Source: Nitrospinales bacterium
GTDB taxonomy: Bacteria > Nitrospinota > Nitrospinia > Nitrospinales > VA-1
DNA length: 64,000 nucleotides
Assembly: GCA_965223795.1 (NCBI GenBank)
Contig: CBDCXL010000001.1
Span: forward strand, 512,001 to 576,000
Direction of reading: 5' to 3'
The position numbers and the translations under genes were made by a program. The notes beneath the pieces are model-generated. The model did no database searches, was not told the origin of the DNA, and saw nothing but the letters and a program-made list of their open reading frames with translations. Below are positions 23,054 through 32,850 of the stretch, piece after piece (the first letter of the stretch is position 1; each line of letters begins with the position of its first letter).

Positions 23054-23250
23054 CCGGTCCCTCCCAACCGATAGAAAACACGGGCGATATTAAAAAATCG
23101 CCTCTTGTGAATCGTTTCGAAAGATGAGAGGATCATAATACAAGTGAGCCGCCGGGTGACTGAAAATTATCCGGCGAACCCCTTTTTAACGCGGCGGGCT
23201 CTGCTTTCGGGGTTCTTCTGTACCGCAAAAATACAAAGGGAGGCAATGTA

Positions 23251-23805
23251 ATGACTCAACAAACCGCACAAACGCAAAATTACAATCACACCGACTGGTT
23301 GAAAAATATTTCCGCCTTGTTCCGCGAAGTCCGCGCCTTCGCCAACGAGGGCAGCACGATGATCAAGGATTCCGCGAAAAAATTGTGGAGCCGGACGGTC
23401 TCGGAAATCCGGTTTTTCATCTCCCGCTCGACGATGCTGGACTATCTCGGCGGCGGGATCACCGCGGCGATCGGCTTCATGGCGACGCTGGTGTTTCTGT
23501 CGGGCTTCGGCCTGATCGGCTACCAGATCTTCCTCTGGCTGAAAGACGGGGTGTGGACGGAGTTCCCGCTTTTCGTGGTGTTCAACTTCATGTTCGAAAA
23601 CACCGCCCTGCAAAGCTGGATGCAGCAGCCGGAGTCCTGGTACGGCTTGCAGCAGGTCAGTTCCTGGTTCCTGGAAAACATCCCGCTTTCGCTCGCCCTC
23701 ATCGTCCCCGGCTTCATGGTGGCCAGCGGCATGGCGGGCATCGCGGCGGCGGCGATCTGCATCCGCTATTACCAGTTCAAAAAAATGGAACAGGGCAGCG
23801 AGTGA
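23251..23805 (+). CDS. Hypothetical membrane protein
   Basis: RBS GGGAGG; two hydrophobic segments around a WLKDGVW loop. Confidence 0.8.
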   Translation: MTQQTAQTQNYNHTDWLKNISALFREVRAFANEGSTMIKDSAKKLWSRTVSEIRFFISRSTMLDYLGGGITAAIGFMATLVFLSGFGLIGYQIFLWLKDGVWTEFPLFVVFNFMFENTALQSWMQQPESWYGLQQVSSWFLENIPLSLALIVPGFMVASGMAGIAAAAICIRYYQFKKMEQGSE

Positions 23806-23988
23806 GCCGCTGCTGAGCGTTCAACCCGATTGGTCGCGCCCGCTCCGGCATCGTTTCGGCCGCCACGGGCGCGCCACTTTGAGCTTTGCGGTTCCCTTGA
23901 GCATACCGTCCCGCGTTTTCTTTCTTTTTGATCCCCAAAACCCGTTTTTCGTTCCACTGTCCCCAGCGGGACCAAACGGAGATTGCGC

Positions 23989-24918
23989 ATGAACATACTG
24001 GTGACCGGCGGCGCGGGCTTCATCGGCTCGCACGTGGTGGACGCTTATGTGGCGGAAGGCCACCGTGTGACGGTGCTGGACGATCTGTCGTCGGGCAAAC
24101 GGGATCAGGTGAACCCGCAGGCCTCTTTCTACGAGATGGACATCCTCAGCGAAGATGTCGAGCGGGTGCTGGAGAAGGAGCGCATCGAGGTGATCAACCA
24201 CCACGCCGCCCAGGTTTCGGTGACGGTCTCGGTTTCCGACCCGCAGCGGGATGCGCGCATCAACATCCAGGGAAGCCTCAATCTGTTGAAACACGCGGCG
24301 GCCCAGGGCGTGAAGCGGTTCGTCTTCGCCTCCACCGGCGGCGCCCTGTATGGCGAGCAGGAACGCTATCCCGCCGATGAAAGCCATCCGGTGCGGCCGA
24401 TCAGCCCCTACGGCATTGCCAAATTCAGCGTGGAAAACTACCTAGGGTTCTATCAGGCCACGCACGGCATCACGCCCATCGTGCTGCGCTACAGCAATGT
24501 CTACGGCCCGCGCCAGGACCCGCACGGGGAAGCGGGAGTGGTGGCGATCTTCACCGACCGCTTTTTGAACGACGAAAATCCCACCATATTCGGCGACGGC
24601 AGGCAGACGCGCGACTTCGTTTCCGTGTCCGACGTGGTGGCCGCCAATGTGCGCGCCCTTTCGGGTTCCCTCGCCGGGCCGTACAACATCGCCACCGGCA
24701 AGGAAACCTCGGTCAACGATCTGTGCGGCCAGTTCAACCGGCTTTCGGGAAAAAGCCTGGCTCCGCGCTACGCACCGGCGCGGGCGGGCGAGGTGGAACG
24801 CAGCGTGCTCGATGCCGGAAAATTTCAAAACGCCGCCAACTGGCAGGCGCAGGACTCTCTGGAAAGCGGCCTCAAGAAAACCTACGGCTATTTCCAGGAA
24901 AAAGCCGCGGCGTCCTGA
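23989..24918 (+). CDS. NAD-dependent epimerase/dehydratase (UDP-glucose 4-epimerase-like)
   Basis: TGGAGFIGSH, YGIAK, RYSNVYGPRQ, GEAGVV, GDGRQTRDF. Confidence 0.92.
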   Translation: MNILVTGGAGFIGSHVVDAYVAEGHRVTVLDDLSSGKRDQVNPQASFYEMDILSEDVERVLEKERIEVINHHAAQVSVTVSVSDPQRDARINIQGSLNLLKHAAAQGVKRFVFASTGGALYGEQERYPADESHPVRPISPYGIAKFSVENYLGFYQATHGITPIVLRYSNVYGPRQDPHGEAGVVAIFTDRFLNDENPTIFGDGRQTRDFVSVSDVVAANVRALSGSLAGPYNIATGKETSVNDLCGQFNRLSGKSLAPRYAPARAGEVERSVLDAGKFQNAANWQAQDSLESGLKKTYGYFQEKAAAS

Positions 24919-25159
24919 AGCATTTTCACGCACTCCCTTCCACGCCCCGTTTACAACCCTTCCATTTACAGATTGCCACTATCCCGAAAAACTCAACGTA
25001 AATCCCCTGTAATTCCGCCATTTACACGCAATTCCCTGAGAAACCGGGTCTGTTGCCAACTTGTGACCCGGCCCCAACGATTCCGCAATATGCTGAATTT
25101 ATACTGGTTTCAGAGTCCAAGGGGATGGACCGGACCCATCATTTGACAAGGAGGCGGAT

Positions 25160-25423
25160 ATGGAATTCTGGAACGCGGATGTGAGCTGGGGAATCGCCCT
25201 GTTTCTGCTGGGCGTGGTGATATTGAACGCGTGCAGCTGGATCGAGATTCACAATCACAAGCGGATGAAAGATCTGCGGCGGCTCTCCCTCTACGGACGG
25301 CGCCGGTTCGACAGCATGGCCACGGTGCCGCAGACGATGCGCAGCACGCTCATGACGCTGACCGGCAGCGCGGTGTCGCTGACCGGCCTGATCATGATCT
25401 TTGGCACCATCAACTGGTCCTGA
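25160..25423 (+). CDS. Small hypothetical membrane protein
   Basis: RBS AAGGAGG; two hydrophobic segments. Confidence 0.7.
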   Translation: MEFWNADVSWGIALFLLGVVILNACSWIEIHNHKRMKDLRRLSLYGRRRFDSMATVPQTMRSTLMTLTGSAVSLTGLIMIFGTINWS

Positions 25424-25457
25424 TCGCCAACGGAGGGTGCCACACACCCCCTTCGCG

Positions 25458-26123
25458 TCAAAAGGCGAGGTGAAAGCCCACTTCGAAATTGTGCGCTCCG
25501 GTGACTGTCGTGACTTCGCGGTACGTGGAATCCCGCGTTCCCAGGTACCGGTAGCCGACGCCAAAATCCAGGTTCTCGCTCAGGCTGGACGTCACGCCCA
25601 TCAGCCCCTGGTACGCCAGCCAGTGGTCATAGCCATCCTGCAATCCCTGCACGCTGCCTCCGAAACGCTTCAAGGTTCCCTGCTGCCAGGCAATTCCCAG
25701 ACCGAAACCGATATACGGCGTGAACAGCGCGTCCGTGCGGATGTCATAGAGCGTGTTGACGACCAGCGTGCGCGTGTCCCAGATGCGGAACTCCTGCGAA
25801 AATTCGTCCCCGCCCAAGGGGTCGGAAATCCTGCCCTGCACGTAGGCAGCCGGATCGGAGGGATGGTCGCCGGAATTGAACTTTAAGTCGAAGGTATCTC
25901 CCAATCCAAACCCGTGCCCTGTCTGCAATTGCATGCGAGTGCTTGTTTCAAAATCCCCGGCCTTCCTGAACAGGTGAACCCAGTAAAGGTCGGGTTGAAA
26001 CGCATTCAAGCTCAACAGGCTCCACGGTGCAGGCCCCTTCCCTCTGGGCGAGTTATCGTTATCGGCAAATGCGGTGCTGGCAGTAAAAACGAGGACACAA
26101 GCCATGATACGGAAAATCATCAT
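25458..26123 (-). CDS. Outer-membrane beta-barrel protein (opacity/OmpW-like)
   Basis: Signal peptide ending AFA; TPYIGFGLG, AYQGLMGV, DFGVGYRY, terminal GFHLAF; RBS GGGAGG. Confidence 0.8.
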   Translation of the reverse strand: MMIFRIMACVLVFTASTAFADNDNSPRGKGPAPWSLLSLNAFQPDLYWVHLFRKAGDFETSTRMQLQTGHGFGLGDTFDLKFNSGDHPSDPAAYVQGRISDPLGGDEFSQEFRIWDTRTLVVNTLYDIRTDALFTPYIGFGLGIAWQQGTLKRFGGSVQGLQDGYDHWLAYQGLMGVTSSLSENLDFGVGYRYLGTRDSTYREVTTVTGAHNFEVGFHLAF

Positions 26124-26245
26124 CCTGACCTCCCATTTCACTCCCCTGCTGTGATGAGTTCACCACCTGGTCCGTTGTAAAACCTCCCGTTTTGAATCGC
26201 CGTCCGCCAAAGTCTTGACATTTTGGCGTATTCAATATTTATAAA

Positions 26246-26261
26246 AGCAATCCCCGTGCCG
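26246..26261 (-). promoter_or_regulatory. Sigma54 (-24/-12) promoter candidate
   Basis: Minus strand CGGCAC-GGGGA-TTGCT with the correct GG-N10-GC spacing, ~120 bp upstream of the beta-barrel gene. Confidence 0.6.
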
Positions 26262-26413
26262 GGAATTCTTGTAAAATTACTGATAATTTGTGTGTTAGTG
26301 AATTTTCTTTGAGATGGGAGAATTAAAGGCAAAGGCCTCGCTGTTCCGGTGAGGCGGCTCTGGATGCGAGCGTCAATATTTCCGACGGAGGCGCCCACAG
26401 GGAGCTGGAGAGA

Positions 26414-27079
26414 TCAGGGGCCTTCCCGCTTCGGCGGCCCGGCATTTTCAGAACGGGCGCAACGGAAACCGACGTAATGAAAGCGCTGGTTGGGCAAGGA
26501 CAGGATGCGGTGGTGGGAGCGCAGACTGGTGTGCGAATTGCGCCAGGAGCCGCCGCGCACCACCTTTCCCTGCACCTCGTGGTCGCTGGCGGTCCATTCC
26601 CACACGTTGCCGGCCATGTCGAACAGCCCCAGCGCGTTGGGCTGCTTGAGGCCCACCGGATGGGTCTGCTTCCCGGCGTTGCCCTTGTGCCAGGCAAAGC
26701 GGTCGTCCATCGCATCGCCCCAGGGGTACAGGGTGGCCGTTCCCGCGCGGGTCGCCTTCTCCCATTCGTCCTGCGTGGGCAGGCGCTTCCCTGCCCTGCG
26801 GCAGAATTCCTGCGCCTCGAACCAGTTCACATCCTCCACCGGCCGGCGCGGTCCCTTAAAATACGCCGGGTTGGACCCGATGCGCTTTTCATATGCGGCC
26901 TGCGTGACCTCGGTCTTGTCGATGTAAAACGCCGGCAGGTGTTTTTTCACCAGCGCGCCGGGCTTCCCGGAAGCGTACTCGCCGCCCGGAATGCGAACCA
27001 TGCCCTGCGGAATGGACCCGGCGAAAACGGGGTTGCCCCAGAACCAGAGCAGTAACAACAGCAGGGATGGACTTCTCAT
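26414..27079 (-). CDS. Exported FGE-sulfatase (SUMF1) domain protein
   Basis: RLPTQDEWEKA, YPWG, PNALGLFDMAGNVWEW, RGGSW, VGFRCAR. Confidence 0.9.
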   Translation of the reverse strand: MRSPSLLLLLLWFWGNPVFAGSIPQGMVRIPGGEYASGKPGALVKKHLPAFYIDKTEVTQAAYEKRIGSNPAYFKGPRRPVEDVNWFEAQEFCRRAGKRLPTQDEWEKATRAGTATLYPWGDAMDDRFAWHKGNAGKQTHPVGLKQPNALGLFDMAGNVWEWTASDHEVQGKVVRGGSWRNSHTSLRSHHRILSLPNQRFHYVGFRCARSENAGPPKREGP

Positions 27080-27393
27080 AATGTTTCATTTTTTAATGGA
27101 ACCGTTTTGCCCGCGTGTCCGCAGAGTAACACGGCAGGTCCGTGAGCGGTTCCCGGCTCCGAAAACGCGATTGAATTTCCCTGAAGAAACTCTAGGCAAG
27201 ATTTTCACTTCATTGAGATTTCCCTTCTTTTCTTTCTTCCTGGCGAACACGGGGAACGTCTTTCGCCCCCGTATCGAGGTACTCCAGAACCCATTGATTA
27301 TAGGCTAATTATGAACTTTTTGACTGAAATTCCCTGTGTTTCTCGTTAATCTATACGAAGAGCGGTCTATTTATATGGAGGGGGATTTTCGGC

Positions 27394-28371
27394 ATGGGCA
27401 ACGGTAAAAAAGAAGCGGATCGATTCAATCTCTGGGCGAATAAAATCAAAGAGCTGGTCAAGGAATCCGAGGCGTTCGGCTCCGAGATCCACAAGGAGCT
27501 GCAGGCGCTCAAGCAGTCGCAGGAAAAAGCCCTGCGGCAGTTGAAGGAGCAGGAGTACCAGCTTGAAATCGGCGACGAAGAACTCATCAAAGCCAAGGAT
27601 GAGATCAAGCAGCTCAAGCTGCATGTCAAAAAAGCCGAGAAGCTCGAATCCGCCAACGAGGAACTGCTCAAGACGAAAGAAGAGAACAAGCAGCTCAAGA
27701 TCCAGCTCAAGGAAGCGCAGAAATGGGAGGTCGCGGAAGAGGAACTGAAGGAAGCGAAATCCGAAATCCAGGAGCTGAACGAGCAGGTCAAGGATCTGGA
27801 GAAGCTGGAGCTTGCGGATGAGGAACTGCAGGAAGCGAAGCAGGAAATCAAGGATCTGAAACTGCGGCTGAAAAAAGCCGAAAAGCTGGAAGCGGCCGAC
27901 GCGGCGCTGACCGATGCGAAGGAAACGATCAAAAAGCTCAAAACCAAGCTCAAGGAAGCACAGAAGTGGGAAACGGTGGAGGAGGAGCTGCTGGAAGCCC
28001 GCGAAGAAGTGCAGACCCTGAAGAAAAAAGTGGCGGACCTGAAAAAGCTGGAGGCCTCCACCGCCGAACTCAAGAAGGCCAAGCAGAAGATCAAGGAATT
28101 GACCGACAAGCTGCAGGACGACAGCAAGCAGAAGGCCGTCGAAATCGAACTGCAGAAGGCCAAGCGCGAGATCAACACGCTCAAGTCCGACAACAAGTCC
28201 TACGAGAAAAAAATCCAGTCACTGGAAAAATCCAACGCCCCGAAAGCGAGCCCCGTCACCGCCGCAACCCAACGGCGGCGCACGGCCCCCAATGCGATCA
28301 ACCTGGAAGACATGGTGAGCGACATCGACACCCAGAGAAACCTGGACGAAGAGAAAAAGGCGTTTCTCTGA
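27394..28371 (+). CDS. Coiled-coil protein with seven 27-aa repeats
   Basis: Repeats such as LESANEELLKTKEENKQLKIQLKEAQK and LEAADAALTDAKETIKKLKTKLKEAQK; E/K/L-rich. Confidence 0.85.
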   Translation: MGNGKKEADRFNLWANKIKELVKESEAFGSEIHKELQALKQSQEKALRQLKEQEYQLEIGDEELIKAKDEIKQLKLHVKKAEKLESANEELLKTKEENKQLKIQLKEAQKWEVAEEELKEAKSEIQELNEQVKDLEKLELADEELQEAKQEIKDLKLRLKKAEKLEAADAALTDAKETIKKLKTKLKEAQKWETVEEELLEAREEVQTLKKKVADLKKLEASTAELKKAKQKIKELTDKLQDDSKQKAVEIELQKAKREINTLKSDNKSYEKKIQSLEKSNAPKASPVTAATQRRRTAPNAINLEDMVSDIDTQRNLDEEKKAFL

Positions 28372-28380
28372 TCCCTCCGG

Positions 28381-30135
28381 TCAAAACCACCCATACCCCA
28401 GTGTCAGCGCGCCGGGACGGCGCGGGTCGGACGCGCCCTTGTAGCGTTTCCTGCCCTTGAGGATCGACTGGGTCGAGCCCATCGGCTCCCTCACGACGAT
28501 GCGGTGCCCGCGTTCCCGCAACTGCTTCAGCACTTCTTCAGGAAACCCCGCCTCGACCCGCAATTCATCCGGCAGCCATTGATGGTGCACGCGCAGAGCC
28601 TGCGTCGCTTCGGCAATGTCCATGCCGTGGTCGATGACGTTCAGGATCACCTGCAGGGTGGTGGTGATGATGCGGCTGCCGCCGGGGCTGCCGGTGACGA
28701 GCAGGGGTTTGCCGTTCTTGAACACGAGGGTCGGCGACATGGAGCTCAGCGGCCGCTTGCCGGGCTCGATGGCGTTGGCCTTGCCGCCGATCAGCCCGTA
28801 GGCGTTGGGCACGCCGGGCTTGGCGGAAAAATCGTCCATCTCGTTGTTGAGCAGAATGCCGGTGCCCTTGACGACGATGCCGGAGCCATAAGGGAAATTC
28901 AGGGTGTAGGTGTTGGAAACGGCGTTGCCCATTGCGTCGACGATGGAAAAATGCGTGGTCTCGGCGCTCTCGTAGGACGCAGGCGCACCGGGAAAGATCT
29001 GCTCGGAGGGTTTGGCGCGGGAGGGATCGATCCTGCCGCGCAGCTCGTTCGCGTAGGCCTTGGACGTGAGGCCGGCAACGGGCACGTCCCAGAAGTCGGG
29101 ATCGCCCAGGTAGCGGCTGCGGTCGGCGTAGGCGAGCTTCATGGCTTCCGCCATCCAGTGCAGGGCCTCGGCGCTGTTGTGGCCCAATTTGGCCATCGGC
29201 ACCTGTTCGAGAATATTGAGGATCTGGATGATGTGCACGCCGCCGGAACTGGGCGGCGGCATGGAGACGATCTCGTGGCCGCGGTAGCTGCCGCGCACCG
29301 GCTGGCGCAGACGGGCGCGGTAGTTCGCCAGATCCTCGAGACGCATGGCGCCGCCGTTGTCCCGCATCTGGGCTGCGATCTTCCGCGCGATGGCGCCTTG
29401 GTAAAAAACCTCCGTCCCTTCCCCGGCGATGGCTTCCAGCGTGTCGGCGAGATCGCTCTGCACCAGCACTTCACCCACTTCGTACGAAGCGCCGTTGGGC
29501 TTGAAGAAGATCTCCGCCGTCTGCGGCCATTCCATGAAGCGTTCGCGCTGCTCCTCGAGACTGGCCTTGAGATGCGGCGTCATGATGATGCCCTCCCGCG
29601 CCAGCTCGATCGCGGGTTCCAGCGCCTCCTTCAAAGACAGAGTCCCGTACGTTTCGAGCGCCAGCGCGAGACCGGCCACGGTGCCCGGCACTCCTGAAGA
29701 GAGGTGGGTGTAGCGCGACCGGTTCTCCACGACCATCTTGAAATTGTCGAGAAACATGTCGCGGGTCGCCGCGGCGGGTGCGGATTCCCGGTAGTCGATG
29801 GCGACGGTGTCGCCCGATTTGGCGTCGTGGATGAGCATGAACCCGCCGCCTCCCAGGTTGCCCGCCTGAGGCAGGGTGACGGCCAGGGCGAACCCGACGG
29901 CCACCGCCGCGTCCACGGCGTTGCCGCCGTCCTTGAGGACTTCCAGTCCCACCTTGGTCGCCACCGCTTCCTGGGTGGACACCATTCCCTTGGTTGCGGA
30001 CACCGCTTCCGGGCCGTCCGGCACTGCCATTTCGGCCCTGGACGGCACGGGCGACGATCCGCAGCCGGGACCGAAGGCGATAAAACTCAGGATCAAAAGA
30101 ACCGCCACGAATGGGTGAAGGAATTTTCGTTTCAT
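28381..30135 (-). CDS. ggt: Gamma-glutamyltransferase (predicted lipoprotein)
   Basis: GGNAVDAA, IDYRE, autocleavage ETTHFS, LNNEMDDF, PLSSMSP, GSPGG. Confidence 0.96.
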   Translation of the reverse strand: MKRKFLHPFVAVLLILSFIAFGPGCGSSPVPSRAEMAVPDGPEAVSATKGMVSTQEAVATKVGLEVLKDGGNAVDAAVAVGFALAVTLPQAGNLGGGGFMLIHDAKSGDTVAIDYRESAPAAATRDMFLDNFKMVVENRSRYTHLSSGVPGTVAGLALALETYGTLSLKEALEPAIELAREGIIMTPHLKASLEEQRERFMEWPQTAEIFFKPNGASYEVGEVLVQSDLADTLEAIAGEGTEVFYQGAIARKIAAQMRDNGGAMRLEDLANYRARLRQPVRGSYRGHEIVSMPPPSSGGVHIIQILNILEQVPMAKLGHNSAEALHWMAEAMKLAYADRSRYLGDPDFWDVPVAGLTSKAYANELRGRIDPSRAKPSEQIFPGAPASYESAETTHFSIVDAMGNAVSNTYTLNFPYGSGIVVKGTGILLNNEMDDFSAKPGVPNAYGLIGGKANAIEPGKRPLSSMSPTLVFKNGKPLLVTGSPGGSRIITTTLQVILNVIDHGMDIAEATQALRVHHQWLPDELRVEAGFPEEVLKQLRERGHRIVVREPMGSTQSILKGRKRYKGASDPRRPGALTLGYGWF

Positions 30136-30308
30136 GCGCTGTCTGCGTGAATTTGAGATGAATTTGCAATTGTACGATGTTTTGGCTTCCCGTCCAACAC
30201 CCTTGATGCCGCGGCTTGCGGATCGGCGCACCGGCCCTCATTATGGCTTGCGCACGCCGCCGCGTTGGGTCACTATGGAGGACTTCAGCCTTCACGACGG
30301 AGCGTACC

Positions 30309-30914
30309 ATGCGTGCACGCATTCTCCTGACCGTATTTGTGATCGCGGCGATCGCCGCCGGATGCACGGAATTAAAAAAACGCGCCGGCGACGGATTCGG
30401 CGGACGCGACAGATGGCAGCAGCCCGAGCGGGTGATGCAGTCGCTCGCCATCCTGCCGGGCGATGCGGTCGCCGACCTGGGCGCGGGAGGCGGTTACTTC
30501 ACGTTCTTTCTCGCCGACGCGACCGGCCCCAAAGGCCGCGTGTATGCGGTGGACATCGATTCCGCGAAGCTCAGGGACATCGATGCGGAATCGGAGCGCA
30601 AGGGCTACGGCAACGTGCGCACGATTCTGGCGGAAGTCAGCGATCCCAAACTGCCCGCGGACGGCGTCGACCTGATCTTTTCCTCCAACACCTTCCACCA
30701 TCTGGTGAACCGCGTCGACTACTTCGACCGGGTGAAGCGCTATCTCAAGCCGGGCGGACGCATCGCCATCATCGACTACAAGGGCGACGGCGATCACGCC
30801 ACGCCGGTGGAGACCATCCGCACGGAAATGACGCGGGCGGGCTACCGGCTGGACGAGCGCTTCGAGTTTCTGGAAAAACAGAATTTTCAGATTTTTTCCC
30901 TGCCGGAGAGCTGA
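30309..30914 (+). CDS. Class I SAM-dependent methyltransferase with lipoprotein signal
   Basis: RDRWQQPE, VADLGAGGGYF, VYAVDI, LKPGGRIAIID; lipobox AAGC. Confidence 0.88.
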   Translation: MRARILLTVFVIAAIAAGCTELKKRAGDGFGGRDRWQQPERVMQSLAILPGDAVADLGAGGGYFTFFLADATGPKGRVYAVDIDSAKLRDIDAESERKGYGNVRTILAEVSDPKLPADGVDLIFSSNTFHHLVNRVDYFDRVKRYLKPGGRIAIIDYKGDGDHATPVETIRTEMTRAGYRLDERFEFLEKQNFQIFSLPES

Positions 30915-30933
30915 ACGCGAACCCATCCCTTTT

Positions 30934-30996
30934 ATGAAACTACTGGTCCTGGGCGCAACAGGTTAACTGGGAAGGCGGCTGGTGCCGAAGCTGGAA
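30934..30996 (+). pseudogene. Relic of a Rossmann-fold (NAD(P)-binding) gene
   Basis: MKLLVLGATG*LGRRLVPKLE: GxxGxxG motif interrupted by TAA, with no continuation. Confidence 0.55.
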
Positions 30997-31127
30997 TTTG
31001 AGCGTCCTGCCGTTCCCGGCCGCTGGAGGATTTTCGCCGCTGTCTGTTAAGTTTATACGGCGGATGCCGTTAATAATTCAAAGCGGCTGCGGTTCCCGCC
31101 GACACGAAACCTTCTGTGAGCCTGAAC

Positions 31128-31265
31128 ATGGAAAAAGTCAAAGTCAGCTATCCCATCGCCCCGAATTCCGAGCCCGACGGCACGTCCCAGTTCATCATGA
31201 AGACCATCGCCGCGTCTCTGTGCGGTGCGTCCATCCCGGCGGTCATCTTTTATTTTCTCATGTGA
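31128..31265 (+). CDS. Small membrane protein (45 aa)
   Basis: MEKVKVSYPIAPNSEPDGTSQFIMKTIAASLCGASIPAVIFYFLM; host-like codons, C-terminal hydrophobic helix. Confidence 0.5.
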   Translation: MEKVKVSYPIAPNSEPDGTSQFIMKTIAASLCGASIPAVIFYFLM

Positions 31266-31337
31266 CGGGCCGTCCCGCCTTCCCGTACGACGACTGAAAC
31301 ATTGATTGGAGTTTTTGGGGGCGTTGGCTCGCGAGGG

Positions 31338-31973
31338 TCACTTCTCTTTCTTCTGGCATTTGAACGCGGTCTCGGAAGTCCAGGTGATCTTCAGATGTTC
31401 CGGGAATTGCGTGGTGTTGTCCACTTGCGCGGATTTCAAGTCTTCGCAGGATAGCTTGCGGACATAGCGCAGGTCCGCTCCCTGCAGCATCGCTCCTTTC
31501 AGGTTGGCTCCTTCCAGATTGCACCCCTTGAGGCTCGCGGCCCGCAGATCGGCGTTTTCCAGGTTGGCGTCCTGCAGGTGGGACTGGGTGAGCTTGGCTT
31601 CCTGGAAATTGACGCCGCTCAGGTCCGTCTGCCTGAGATTGGCTTTCATCAAAAAACATTCGCGGAAATTGGCGTTCTTGCAGTCCGCGCCGCGCAGAAA
31701 CGCGGACTGCAGCTTGGCCCTGCGAAAGAACGCACCGCTGCAGTTGGTGCGCGAGAGGTTGGCGCCGAAAAAATCCGCGCCGCTGAGGTTGGCGTTGCTG
31801 AGGTCGGCGCGTTCCAGATTGGCGCCGCTGAAATCGCCTTCGCTGAAAAATCCGTCACGCAGTTTCGCACCCCGGAGATCCCCTTCGCTCAGGTCGATCT
31901 TTTTCAAATCCGCCGCGCTCAGATCGACGCCTTTCAATTCGCCCTTTGTGGTCTCCAGTTTTCTGCGGTCCAA
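31338..31973 (-). CDS. Pentapeptide repeat protein
   Basis: Tandem A(D/N)Lxx repeats through most of the protein; TTG start after AGGAAG. Confidence 0.92.
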   Translation of the reverse strand: MDRRKLETTKGELKGVDLSAADLKKIDLSEGDLRGAKLRDGFFSEGDFSGANLERADLSNANLSGADFFGANLSRTNCSGAFFRRAKLQSAFLRGADCKNANFRECFLMKANLRQTDLSGVNFQEAKLTQSHLQDANLENADLRAASLKGCNLEGANLKGAMLQGADLRYVRKLSCEDLKSAQVDNTTQFPEHLKITWTSETAFKCQKKEK

Positions 31974-32039
31974 TGTTTCTTCCTTTCACGAACTTGTATC
32001 TTTGCATCAGCGGGTAGCATGAGAGACTGAATATTTCTT

Positions 32040-32120
32040 TGTCACCCTGAGCCCTTCGGCAGGCTCAGGACGGGCTTGTCGAAGGGTGAACCGTCATGCT
32101 TCGACAGGCTCAGCATGACA
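32040..32120. repeat. REP-like palindrome (same family as 19065-19126) with an inserted internal hairpin
   Basis: TGTCACCCTGAGC[ccttcggcaggctcaggacggg]CTTGTCGAAGGGTG...CATGCTTCGACAGGCTCAGCATGACA. Confidence 0.8.
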
Positions 32121-32274
32121 GGCATGATACTGATGCAAAGATCTATAATCCGAATTTGCAGGTGGAATCTGTTATAATCCTAACACATTCGCGTGACGCC
32201 CCCCGGCGCGATAAGGTAAACCATCGAATGATTCAACCTGACCGCCACGGTCCACCGAACTTGGATACGCACCC

Positions 32275-32826
32275 ATGAGCAAACATCACGATGTTGTCCT
32301 CCACCATCTCCAGGAATCGATCCGCCAGACCATTTTCAGCGCGCACCGCTTCGGCGGACCGATGGCCGTGGAAGTAGACTCGATGTATTACGGCCTCGGC
32401 CTGGTGGTCTGCCAGGGTTTTCTGGAACGGGAGCTGGACAAGTTCCATGAGGCTCCGGAGCCGGACAAGATGCCCGCGCGCATGCCCGCTTTCACCGCAA
32501 AGCCGTCGATTGCGATCATCGACTTCTGGCATTACAAGTTCGACAAAGACGGCGAATGGTACGGCTGGGACGAACTGACGAACGTCTACCGGCTGCGGCA
32601 CTGCTTCGCGCCGGAAAACGGATTCTCGGCGGGCCACATCGCGAAGATCAAATCCTTCCACAAAGCCATGAACGCGGGCAAGGTCAAGGACCGGACCGGC
32701 AAGACGCTGCGTCCCTATTTCGATCTGAACGGCGACAAGCCGCCACTGCTGCACATGCAGGCCGTCGAGCGTTTCACCGTGCTGACGGGTGAGCTGATCC
32801 GCTGCGCGGAAAAAACCGTGTCCTGA
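32275..32826 (+). CDS. Hypothetical protein
   Basis: 183-aa ORF with host-like codon bias; TGtTATAAT extended -10 at ~32170. Confidence 0.75.
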   Translation: MSKHHDVVLHHLQESIRQTIFSAHRFGGPMAVEVDSMYYGLGLVVCQGFLERELDKFHEAPEPDKMPARMPAFTAKPSIAIIDFWHYKFDKDGEWYGWDELTNVYRLRHCFAPENGFSAGHIAKIKSFHKAMNAGKVKDRTGKTLRPYFDLNGDKPPLLHMQAVERFTVLTGELIRCAEKTVS

Positions 32827-32850
32827 CCGCTACCGGCTTTCCACTCTCGT

